Source of the DNA: Laetmonice hystrix
Lineage: Eukaryota
Assembly: GCA_965235115.1 (NCBI GenBank)
Contig: OZ249436.1
Coordinates: 18,044,001 to 18,108,000 of the forward strand
Reading direction: 5' to 3'
DNA length: 64,000 bases
The notes under the pieces are model-generated. The model worked only from the letters and a program-made list of their open reading frames with translations, was not told the DNA's origin and did not search any database. Position numbers and translations under genes: made by a program. Below are positions 52,850 to 64,000 of this stretch, piece by piece. Each line of letters starts with the position of its first letter. The stretch's first letter is position 1.

Positions 52850-55800
52850 GAAGATGTGGTTGCCATTCGAACCGTGTCCTTCACATCCATCTTGTTGTAA
52901 CGTCGCAGATCCAACGGCTGGTATCCTGGGATTTATCACAGTGATTGAAGGCCTCTCTCACCCGGACCCCTCATCGTGTGGCTCGCTAACCGTACACACG
53001 TACCTATCAGCCTCTGACCGACACGGTCTCACTGGGGTATAGACGGAAATTATTTCTATGTCTAAATGAAACTAGTTTTGGCGGGTCGAGCAGCAGTTCA
53101 TTGACAGCTGTTCATGAGAAGAGGCCGTAAACTGACCACTCAGAGTAGCGTGGGAGACGTGTTGAATACTGACAGGTCGAGGTACGGCAGTCTCAGAACA
53201 GGTGGCAAATTACACTTTCCAAACAAGAGAAAGAATGTCTCTCTTCGAGGTGCTTTGTGTGTTCGACTCTTTCAGATGTAAAGAAAACATTTACACGACC
53301 TGTCCTGGCCACGCCATGCCTTGTAAAGAATGCGCTATACAATATATCACACTTCTTCAGCAATCTTGCCTTCTGCACCTCAGCCTCAGTAAGACGTCAC
53401 GAAAGCTAAAAACAGAAAATAAAGGGCAAGGCAAACCAGAAATTTACCAATTTCATTTGATGATAATTACATATTTTGTATGAACGATTAGGAAATGTGC
53501 TCATCACAAAGAATCTGAGAGATTTTCTTTTATATTCCGTGATAAAACTGAAATTAATTTGAGAAAAGATTATCTTCCATTTCATCAAAGTGGACTGCGC
53601 TTAGTGGTGCAATGCGCTTAGTGGTAGTTGCAGTGGTTCAGCTCTTCGTCTTCCTCATCCCGAGGCTCAGATCTTTCCCGAATGAAAAAGAAAACGTCCT
53701 CATTAAGTGAATTGTATGAGCTCGCTGAGGAAAAAGGACAGATCTATTTACTTCGATTGGAAACGACTGTCGGTACTTGCAATTTACTTGGAAGGCGCCG
53801 TCCTTGTTTGCTTCTTGTGACTTTATTCAAAACACAACAGAAACATATACTGGTTGTCACATTCTGATCCTAATGAAGTCAGCAAAAGTAATTTCTGGGA
53901 AAAATACAAGTTATCTCAGCAGAGAGACTGGAAGAGTCTAAAGTAAAAATACTACTGATCAATGACATGGCAATGACGGCAGGGCGACGCAGACTTCTTA
54001 GGCAGACAGCTCTCCTCCAGACAAGGTTCTAGCTGATTTCACTTTTTGCTGTCATTTCCTAATTTGTAATTTCCTGATCACGACCGATGCACACACGGAG
54101 AAATCAGCGTCTCATCTGGACTGCAGGAATACCAGCGTCCACCGTTGAGGATATGCTGGAGGTAGCGTCTGTCATGGAGCAACTCGTGCTGGCAGCGTCC
54201 CCCCCCCCCCTCCTCTCTCCACCTCTCCAGGACCGGGTCCAGGACATTGAAAGCCTGCCCCCGACCTGGGAATAACTTCAATACCGGATATCTTGATGCC
54301 ACGTGCCTTGACTGGCCACAAGCTACTTTACATTCCTCCGTACAACGGCCACTAAACCCATACTTCTAATCTTACTTCTGGCGGCCGAGGGATGCTCAAA
54401 CTCCGCACGTCAACACGGCACAGTTCGATGTCTTCTCGCCAGGTGTCGTAAGCTAGGAACCCATGTATCCGTATTGCGTAATGCGTATTCATCAAAATCA
54501 ATGAAAACAGGTTGGAGTGATTCCATGTGTGCGTAGTGCGTGTTTTCATTATTTTCATTGCGGTTTTGATTACTCATGGGTTACACGAGGCAATTGTCCT
54601 TACAACGGCCAGGCGATTTTTGATGATTTAATGGTGGAATTTCACTCTGTAATTTTTCCTGGCTGGTCTTCCCTGTTTCTCGAAACGGGTTCCATCCTTT
54701 AATCTCAAAATCACCGTAAAATAAATAACGTGATGTCAAAATCGCATGGACTTCACGAGGATAATCGCCTAAACAAACGCCGGGCAGACTGGCTCCAGGG
54801 AAGTTAGCACTCTCATGTGAATCTCTGGTGTCTTGATCAAGGATAAACTGGGTGAAAGAATACACCTACTACACACGTCCTCTCATATCACAGGCCTACG
54901 TGTCCAGTCGGAGCCATATCCATACAGCATGGTTCCTATAAGCATGACGTATGAAGTGACGAACGGCTTTTCAAAGAAAGTATTCTCGTGCTAGAGCGTG
55001 TGAACAGTCAGCGGTACAACCGGTCACTTTATAAAACTACCACTCGCCCACATCCGGATTGTGGACAAGGTGAAGATATAATAGATACAAAACAAAATGC
55101 AGAATGGCAGTCGATCTCATAGGGACACAGATATGTGCGTCAATTCTTACATCTTACGAACCACACTAATCCCTCTTATACTCTACCATAATGTATCCCA
55201 AAATCGCCAAAGCTTTCGAAAATCTTTCATCTTCCTGGGAAATTTGGCTGCTGCAAGGAGAACGTGACTTTGAGGAGTCAATTCAGAGGTTTACAGCCCA
55301 GTGCCCGACCTTGTAAACCCCGTCAGTTTGACCAAGCCCTCGCACACAAACTCTCCCCCCGCTCCCCAACTCTACCAACCACTTCAGGGATCAAAAGTGC
55401 ATTTCCATGTTCCCCCACAGTCGTCACTTTGCACCTTGTAATCTCTGCCCTGCGTGTCAATACAAGCCTTATGAATTTAATATCTTGTCGGTCTAATCAA
55501 ATCTCTGCTCTTTGAAAGGAACCTCATGAAAGACAATGACTTATGACAATGACTTTACTTTAGAAAGTGCATCAGTCCTATTACCCTTTGAACATTTCCC
55601 TCCGACTCCTTTACAATGTTGAAGTACGTCTGTCTAACTCCGGCTCCATTGGTTTAAAGCCTACATGTACATTCATGAATAATTCATGAAAACTCAGCAA
55701 CTTCTGCTCGATCTCCTCCTAAACTGAGCATGAATCGGACGGCTGTAATTCAATCCTTCGATAATTAAAGCAAACACTCAGAGACCTCTGGCGGAGAGTA

Positions 55801-57560
55801 GGGGGCAGTGACTTCCGCTTATAGGAGGTCTACATCTGAATTGTTGGATTAACAGCCGCGTTATTTACGACTCCGTTGTTATAATCTACTGGAATCCACA
55901 TGATCGAACTCACCTCTCATCTCATACTAACATTGAAAACATTGACATAGCATTGGGCAAATTCATAAAAATAATTGCATAGAAACCTAAAAATGCCGAT
56001 ATAAGAATGACACGTTCTTAGCGGCAAGAATAGAAGCAAACATACAAAGATTGGCAGTATGAGTATCAAGTATTATGTTTAGATAGGGTTGTCATCATTG
56101 TGAGAAAAAAAGATCAAAGTAAAATTTAGAATAATATCTCCGACCGGAAATGCATTAAAATGTCTCGAAAAACGAATTTATGGTCAAATCCCAGAGGAAA
56201 GTTCCAACTATAGCACTCCGGATCTTGATCTTGAGCAGTCTATCAACTCGGCTGATCAGTACCGATAACGATAACCACAGGTAGGCATGAACACACACTG
56301 AAAGGTGTACTTAAACTGTCCAACACGGATCACCTGTTATCGGCAGCGAATGGCGCGCTCCCGGGGGACCACGTGGTCCACAGCGATAACAACCAGCCAA
56401 TCAGCGAGCTGCTTGTTAGTTACTGCGGACGCAAGGATCAGCGAGACGCAGTCGATAACTTGACTGACAATCATAACACCACCAGCTTCCTCAGCCCGAT
56501 CCTCGGTGGTCACATTCCCAATCTCCCCTTCAGATGACGGTATGAAGGCCGACACCATTAATTGGTTGTAATAACTGTTGAAATCTTCCAGACCAGGCAA
56601 TACCATATGGTAAAACGCCGGTAATTTGATACCGTATTTTAACGTTTTTCTATGGTCTAAGTATATCCGCATACACAAAATGGTTCCTATAATCAGATTT
56701 TCTCTTGCGTGGACTTTTGCTGTTATCATTTGTACACTCTTGAATCGCAGGGCTTTACCGTTTAAAACAATATTTCAGAAACGCCTTCTGTCCATCTCGC
56801 CAAAGTTGAATGTTTCACCTCAGAAATCGGAGAGGAAAGAGTTGGTTGGCATTATTGCCTTTTTGTTTGACAATGTTCGCCAGTGTCCTGCCCCGTGTGT
56901 CGTAGACACATCCGTTGTATTATATGCTTGTGTATTCTACTAGCCTCTAATATAATAACAGACTATGGCAGAATATGAAGACGCAGACAGGTGTCAACCA
57001 AGGCGGAGCCATTAACTGGTTAAGTGAGATGGTTTGGGACGGGTGAGGTTGACAGACAGTGCATCAGTTCTGGGAGGCCCGCGAACATCCTGCCATGTTT
57101 TATAGCACGAGGCTCGGCGATCACTTCCCGGGCCTAGCGCCGTAATCTCTCCCATGGCACCACTTGATTCAAACACTCCGCAGTTGTATTGAATCATAAG
57201 AAGACCGGGAAAATAACACGAGACAGTTGGGAATTCATGTCGAGTGGTATATTTTGAAACCACTTGTTTTAGTTACAGGACCTCTCCGTTAACACATAGG
57301 TTATGCTGGTTCTGCACGCCTCCATGCAGCTGCTGGTTTCTGCACGCCTCCAGCTGCTGGTTCTGCATGCCTCCAGATTTTGTGTAGCTAATCACATGTC
57401 ATGACAGATTTTTGTGCACAGCCAATCACACGCCATGACAGAGAGCAGGCAACAATAATTATACACTTCAAACAAAGGTGACCATTTTTATGCAACCTTC
57501 CACGGCATGGCGATACAACCCAACTAATTGGAGTTCAGGATACGAAAACTCCACTGACTC

Positions 57561-57704
57561 TGCCTGACACAAACCAATGGTTGCTCCCTCCGATGTAGCC
57601 TGACACAAACCAATGGTTGCTCCCTCTGATGTTGCCTGACACAAACCAATGGTTGCTCCCTCTGATGTTGCCTGACACAAACCAATGGTTGCTCCCTCTG
57701 ATGT
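57561..57704. repeat. 36-bp tandem repeat, 4 copies
   Basis: Unit GCCTGACACAAACCAATGGTTGCTCCCTCTGATGTT. Confidence 0.95.
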
Positions 57705-58575
57705 TAAGGGAGCCAGCCTGCAGAGCTGTGTAAAGTGTCTTCGAAAACGACTGAGGGGAAATAAATCTTAATTCATTCAGAAAAAGGTAAAGCGATAAAG
57801 AATTCCCTGAAAAACACTCCTGCAAAGGCAGATGACTTCTGCAACTTTAATATTCAATTCAAATTAGCACAATCTGTCTACATTACCCATTAAGGACAAT
57901 TTCCCAAGTAAAAAAATAATCTTAATCTCTATTGCAAGGCAATTTATGTGCTTCTACTCTACAGCTTAAAAGTAATCCTAATATCGCCTTTCGCCTGAGA
58001 CAGTAATCTGCCCGCGATAGTCTGGCAAGCTTAGATTGCATAGGTGTCTCTATGAGAAAGTGGCAAACTTAATTCTGAAGTGGCTGAGTAAGGAAATGAC
58101 AATGTTAATTCTACAGCATTGTTAATGTCTTCCTGGTGTAACCTATCTGATACCATTGCCATCCGTCGCCTACAGACGGCCACAGTTAGATCTGTAAACG
58201 CTTTCTTTGCTCCCTGGAGCGCCCCCGTGTGGAGGATGCTGGTATTATCAGCGTTCCAAGGCATTGTTTGGGGAAGCAATTACAGCGAGCAGCGCTTGTT
58301 GGTGTAAAACATATAATAGTAGATGTAAAATATTTACTGTATCCAGTCAGATAATTCAGCCAATTTGAAATGTTGCAATGAATTGTCATCACGGGTTCTT
58401 CCTTAAGCCAAGTTGTACTTTTTACTTTAAAATAAAATTTCCTTCTTCCTCCCATTTTACCATTTTACCACTTTTTTCAATTACTCTCGTTCTACCGCTG
58501 TCGCAAGCTCTCATGTCAACTCAAGTTTATTTAACCCCGTTAAGGTGTCTGCTCATAGAAAAAATAATATAAATT

Positions 58576-58832
58576 CAGCGGCGGAGCAACAGATAATATA
58601 TTGGGGGCGCCCACTTTGCAAAAATTTCTATCAGGCCAAAGGAAAATACGTTTGGATAAAAACCAGCACCCAAAAAAACAGGGTCTTGATTACCCCATAG
58701 AGACTAGTTAATCCACAATCTCGTAAGCCATAATAAATCTTCATAAGCCATACGATTATTGGGGGGGGGCAAGGCCCCCCAATATATTGGGGGTCAGTGC
58801 CCCCCTGCCCCCCCCCGCTTCCGCCGCCTATG
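58576..58832. mobile_element. hAT-like MITE, 5-bp flanking duplication
   Basis: CAGCGGCGGAGC ... GCTTCCGCCGCCTATG with repeated AATATATTGGGGG and C-run subterminal tracts; AAATT on both flanks. Confidence 0.65.
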
Positions 58833-58886
58833 AAATTTGAACAGAGATTGCAACAAAATGTACCATTTCAACTGTAAAATTCAACA

Positions 58887-59188
58887 TTGACTGTCTCACT
58901 AACTATTTGATTGACTGACTGTCTCACAGACTGATTATTTCATTGTTTGACTATTTGATAGACTGACTTACTGTCTGACCGACTGATTGACTGACTGACT
59001 ATCTGAGTGAATGACTGGCTGGCTGTCTGTCTGATTATTTATTTGATTGACTGACTGACTGTCTCACTATTTGATTGAATGACTGACTAACTATTTGATT
59101 ATCTATTTGCTTGTCTGACTGACTGACTGACTGACTGACTGACTGACTGGCTGACTGACTGACTATTTGATTGATGTAATGACTGACC
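58887..59188. repeat. Degenerate (GACT)n microsatellite
   Basis: GACT/GATT tetramer period. Confidence 0.9.
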
Positions 59189-60074
59189 TAATTTGCCTCA
59201 GTTTCACAGAGGCCCAGGAACCAGTGCGCATTGTCTATTTGAAGTCTGCAGCGTCGTTCATTTCTATCAATTAGTACCCAAAAAAAGGAAAGAAAAGCAT
59301 ATAATCTTATACCTGAGTATATCCAACAAACAACTTGAGTTGCCATAAGTTGTTCGGAAATTGGAATCTAACTCGGGTGCCATGCAGTAGGTCTCTCGAT
59401 AATTAAAATGCTCGGCGAGCAGGTGCCATTAGTCTACAACATGCCTAATTCCTTGTCAATTGCATGCAGCATTTTCTATGTTATGAAAATTTCAAAGAAT
59501 ATTTAAAGTCACGCTAGACCAATACCCATGCCTATATGGTTCAGTCTGGCGCACTGCATGATTCATGCGTGTGTACACGGAAAATTGTAATCAAACCACA
59601 ACTCGTACAAGAGGGTCATGATCCAGATGGGTCCTTCCACGAACCATTATCGCCACCTAGCGACCACAGCTTAAACAACAGTACCCACAAGCTCTACCTG
59701 GTGCTATTTCCTCCCGAAAGTACGTCACACCAACACACTTGTAGGCTATGTTCTGTGGGAAGCTGCCGCTGCCTCTTCCCCTCCTGAAAACCATTAGATG
59801 AATTTAGATCTATAATTGTTAAAGGAATGAAAGTGCATTCCATCCTCAAAATTATAGCTGATGTTGCAAGATTACCCCACGCTAGAAATCTCCTGTAGTA
59901 GGCCTATAGGCCTAGTAGGCCTACACACGGCCCTGCAATATAAAACTTTCGATTGTTTCCCAATGACTTCACATTTATCGTGACCAATATTTAATACAGG
60001 GGAAGTAAAGGGAGACTGTACTGACACCCTCAACCAGAAATGATGCCTCTATAAAGTGATCTACAATTATTTAA

Positions 60075-60573
60075 AGAAATCATGGCACTTATTTCATATA
60101 GATTTTACAAATTGGCGAAAATACTGCTTGTATCTGGTAATTATGTTCCATAGCACTGCCTACTTGCCTGATTGGATTTCGTGATTATTTTTTTTAAATT
60201 TTTAAAAACCAGCAAATTTGGAATGACGCGCGTCTTTTTCTAGACCTGCAGCCCACCTACGCGATAGAGTTTTGGCCGGGCGACTTTACACCCTTTTCAC
60301 AGAACGCCAGACTATAGCCGCAATCACGTGATCATCTCACCCGTTGCAACGCTATGCTTGCAGGTCAGACATTCCCGATGGCGGAAGGCAGCGTTGGTTT
60401 TGAGTGTTCTCGACAATATATGTGAAATGTGAAGGTGACAGTGCATTTCGCAATACATAATGTAGGTATAGGAAGTATCCTCGGGACAGAAGGTGCATAG
60501 ATTTTGACGAGGTAAGCGTAAAACCAGGCCCAACTGGCTTCCCGGAACGCTCAACCAGGGTACCATGATTCCT
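60075..60573 (-). mobile_element. Kolobok-like non-autonomous element, copy 2 (complete)
   Basis: TTAA|AGAAATCATGGCAC ... GTACCATGATTCCT|TTAA. A TTAA TSD with purine-purine termini fits Kolobok rather than piggyBac. Inverted paralogue of 32530-33029. Confidence 0.8.
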
Positions 60574-61233
60574 TTAACTGGCGTTAGCATTAATCTAAAA
60601 ACGCTAGACGGCCTTCAACAGCACTTCAGTGAAAGCATTTTCCCACATGTCAGATTCGGGGTAAGGTGTTGTGTTAGCGATGTGATGTGTTGGTTATATT
60701 TAATATTTGAGAGGGGCGTGTGTCAAAGGTCATGGACGCATGCCGAGAGGAGCTATGCGGAGCTCATCGCGGTGATGAATAATGATCCAAAGCTTGGCTT
60801 GGTTCATACATGTAAATGGTTTAGCAGTACCTGCAGTGATTTATACCTCATGTACGGTGCTAAACTCGGCATGTCATAAACAGCACATTAAACCAGGGGC
60901 CTGGCTGTCGTGACATATGAGGCTGGGTCAGGGGCACGACGAATCGCGGTAATATAATGCCAGTATTGCCACAGAGAATGGATGTCAGACCATTATGCAA
61001 GCACAACTCCATACTCTGGTTGTGGACCCGCCACAATTCCCCTGACTCACAGGAGAGACGATAGATGGCGCCACGATAGGTAAGTGACGGCTTGGTTCTG
61101 CAGGTCTCGTTATGACACGGCGAGGATCGTTTACAGCTCGGTGAACATGGTGTTCTGTCATCCCTGCACCTATTACCACACACAGACTACATGACGGACT
61201 ACACCTTCATTCTAGAAGCAGAAGCTGTACAGA

Positions 61234-61463
61234 CCTAACAGTAACAGACACTGCACAGACCGCCTGGCGCCACCTAACAGACACTGCACAGACGCCTGGC
61301 GCCACCTAACAGACACTGTACAGACCGCCACCTAACAGACACTGACAGACAGCCACCTAACAGACACTGACAGACAGACAGACAGACACCTAACAGACAC
61401 TGTACAGACCGCCACCTAACAGACACTGCACAGACCGCCACCTAACAGACACTGCACAGACAG
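61234..61463. repeat. ~26-bp irregular tandem repeat
   Basis: Unit CCTAACAGACACTGCACAGACCGCCA with length variants. Confidence 0.9.
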
Positions 61464-61471
61464 AATTAGTA

Positions 61472-62311
61472 AAGCCGGCCTCACACGGTGCGATTTTGCT
61501 GCAATATCGTACAAAGTTCTAGAAATCTACGCCACACGATATCTTTGATTGTCGCACCGTGTAAGGTAGTCTTCGATATAATTTCGTGCGATACGATGCT
61601 GTCTTGTCGTATCGTCAACTTTTGAACATACATGTTCAAAATTTTTCAACGGTCTGAGATATAATACGACGGGCCTCTCACACGCTGCAGTTATAGGGGC
61701 CTATACGATATTCACGATATATAAGCTAGGGGCCTACATAGAGTCTACGATGTTCAGGCGCGTAGGGGGGGGGGGCTATTATTATTTAAAGGGAAATGGG
61801 AGTGTTCGAATCGACCATTAGAATTTTCAAAATATTTTTATGGGAGATAGCCTTTGTCCTTAGGAGTAGGCCTACAAAGAAACAAAAAAAATCACCGAAT
61901 TATATGTTTTTATACCTGGTAGGCCTCCGTAAAAAATGGGTTTCAATGGGAAAAACAGGCTTTTTCAGACATTTCGACTAATATTATTTAGTTAAAAAAT
62001 GACCTTTGGTGGGGCTTTGAACACTCACATTTCCCTTTAATTTTATCTTCCGCCGATGTGTGACGATTTACAGTGTAGTCTATTGGGTTTTATTTTAGCT
62101 ATTTTCTTTTAGAGGTGAGAGTCCTATGAAACGACCCCCCCCCCCCCCCCCAACGAAAAATGCTGGCTACGCGCCTGAATGTTGCATGATTAAAAAAAAT
62201 TGAACATGTCATGTTCAAAAGTCTACGATACGAGAAGAAAATCAAGGATATCGTGACGTATCGTAGATAGTTGTACGATATTGCAGCAAAGTCGCCGTGT
62301 GAGGCCGGCTT
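61472..62311. mobile_element. Harbinger-like MITE with ~44-bp TIRs
   Basis: AAGCCGGCCTCACACGG(T)GCGAYTTTGCTGCAATATCGTACAA inverted at both ends; TA (or TAA/TTA) flanks; internal TTGAACAT..ATGTTCAA palindromes at ~61620 and ~62200. Confidence 0.8.
61755..62177. mobile_element. hAT-like MITE nested in the Harbinger-like MITE
   Basis: CAGGCGCGTAG ... CTACGCGCCTG is a perfect 11-bp TIR; flanks GATGTT / AATGTT. Confidence 0.75.
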
Positions 62312-64000
62312 TACACCCTTCAATTCATCTCCCGCACTTTAACAACTTTCGTGTGTTAAACCGTATCAAATCAGCGTGCTACAAACTGTATTGTTTGGGA
62401 GGGACACATTTTGTTTATCAGCGAACTGGGCAAGGCTATCAAGTATTTTTGCGAGAAGTAAGCCTACGGACCGTTTAGTGTTGGTGGTGAGTCTATGGCG
62501 ACGATGCCAGGTATTCATAAAGCCGAGTTTCCATTAACGCGGCTGCGGTCCGGCTGCGGTCTGGCTGCGGTGCGGGCACGGGCACGGCTGATATGACACG
62601 TCGTTGTTTCCCAGAGACATGGATTCTTTCTATCACTGATTGTGTCAGCTCCCTCGCGTAGACATCAAGACTGAGAAAGGAAGGATGCCTGCTCGTAGCA
62701 ACAATCTGTCATAAACACTTGAATGGTTTCTCCTTGATTTCTCTCCAGTGTATTGTTACTTTTACCGACACGCTAGTTTTATTAGCATCACGTACCATCA
62801 AATGTCGTCCATCACCTGCAAACTCCGCTCTAGGAGGAATAGCTCGATCGTGTGTGACATCACGTATCCCGGTCATTCCGGCAGTCCCTCTCTAGTCAAC
62901 CTTGTTTGTCATAAAAAAAATATTGTCTTTGTGGTCAACATAAACCGCAGATTCAATTGGCAATTATCTGGCCTGCCGATAAGCCTGCGTAAAAACAAAT
63001 TAAACCACGTTTGTGCTATGGGTGGAGAGTGTTGACGTACTTGCCCGAGGCGGACTCCATGGCGCCAGACTCGACAGGCTCTAGATATGCCAGCAGATTC
63101 CGTTCAACGGGACGTTAATAGTAGGTCCATGCAGCCTGGTATCTATCATGAGTCAATCACTGCACGGTAGCCTATAGGTCAAAGCTCATTTCAGTGCCTC
63201 TTAGTCTTACATTATATTGACTTTCCATTAGAACTACACAATGTGAGAAATCATGACGACAGACGACCCGAGTTTAGTTATCCAAGACAGAGTTTCCTGG
63301 AAGGTCTCCTGTACTTTTTTATCTGTGCAACTAAATCGAGGTTTCTCTCCTGAGGCATTGGTTACGAGAATACCCAAGGTATGTACACCAAAGAATACAT
63401 ATTTCCTAGATTACATGCTACAAGTTAGGCGTAAAATGCGCTGCCAAGGTTTGGGAAGGGGACCTGAAGTTAATACATGTACCCATTTTCTCGCCATCTA
63501 GCGACGGAATCGGGAACAGGTCTCAAGCCGGTGTCACACGATATTCCTTCCGATCCTCGGAGCGTTCTCATCGATCGGTACTCTCGCGTGATCACACGAA
63601 TCGACCGCGTTATCAGACGAATCGACCGCGTGGTCAGACGACCGAAGAACTCACAGTACGGCATATTCGTTTTTATTTATAATACTTTATTATCTCAAAT
63701 TCCCAAAAGTAACCACCTACTACTCCGCTGGTCAGATTCCCAGCAAGACTACGAGTGCTGTTCTGCATCCCATTTATTACGACGATAGACAAGACGATAA
63801 ATAGATTATACATTTCGACACACTTAGGACTGAACCAAGAGAATATCGGTCACAGTCACCATTCCTCCACATCAAATTCGATCCCATGTTCTTCCCATTG
63901 TCACACTATCATACAATGTTTGATGTCTGATGATAAATGTCACTATTGTGTGGACTACACTTCACCATAGTACTGTCGAGTACAGCGGAGGGACACAGCC

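Noticed and set aside
53202..53483. CPGH..CKEC as a zinc-finger fragment
   Set aside because: The ligand set is incomplete, with no supporting context.
54078..54558. Short ORFs possibly from a decayed gene or retroelement tail
   Set aside because: No diagnostic motif could be confirmed by eye; a tBLASTx or HMM search would be needed.
56337..58307. 130-aa and 82-aa minus-strand ORFs that look protein-like
   Set aside because: No recognisable homology or consistent exon chain; the lengths are within chance expectation.
62519..63550. Lone Harbinger-like left ends (AAGCCGAGTTTCCA at ~62520, AAGCCGGTGTCACACG at ~63525)
   Set aside because: No matching right TIR was found in the window, so the elements cannot be delimited.

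Overview
This is repeat-dense eukaryotic DNA, most likely intergenic or intronic sequence from an animal (inferred from the transposon families present; the species cannot be determined). I cannot recognise any intact host gene, RNA gene or CRISPR array. The only recognisable protein homology is a 5'-truncated, frameshifted CR1/L2-type LINE reverse transcriptase (50283-51345, minus strand). Almost all other long ORFs are by-products of tandem repeats. The window holds about 20 unrelated mini- and microsatellite arrays and many non-autonomous DNA elements, often nested, with readable inverted ends and target-site duplications (TSDs): a Helentron/DINE-like element, a 3.3-kb Academ-like element with ~700-bp TIRs, two Kolobok-like copies, hAT-like and Harbinger-like MITEs, and a 36-bp P-like palindrome. 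The most interesting signals are: (i) a family of telomere-like MITEs with 6-bp TSDs whose interior appears to seed a minisatellite; (ii) a 125-bp hairpin with tandem G.A mismatches and a GAA loop, suggesting a single-stranded DNA function; (iii) TA-G(G)CC-TA excision-like footprints, one shown to be an insertion by comparison with sibling repeat units; (iv) a 42-bp array whose open frame has a regular heptad pattern. None of these is established as a new system from sequence alone. Copy numbers are estimated as array length divided by unit length, and all alignments were done by eye.
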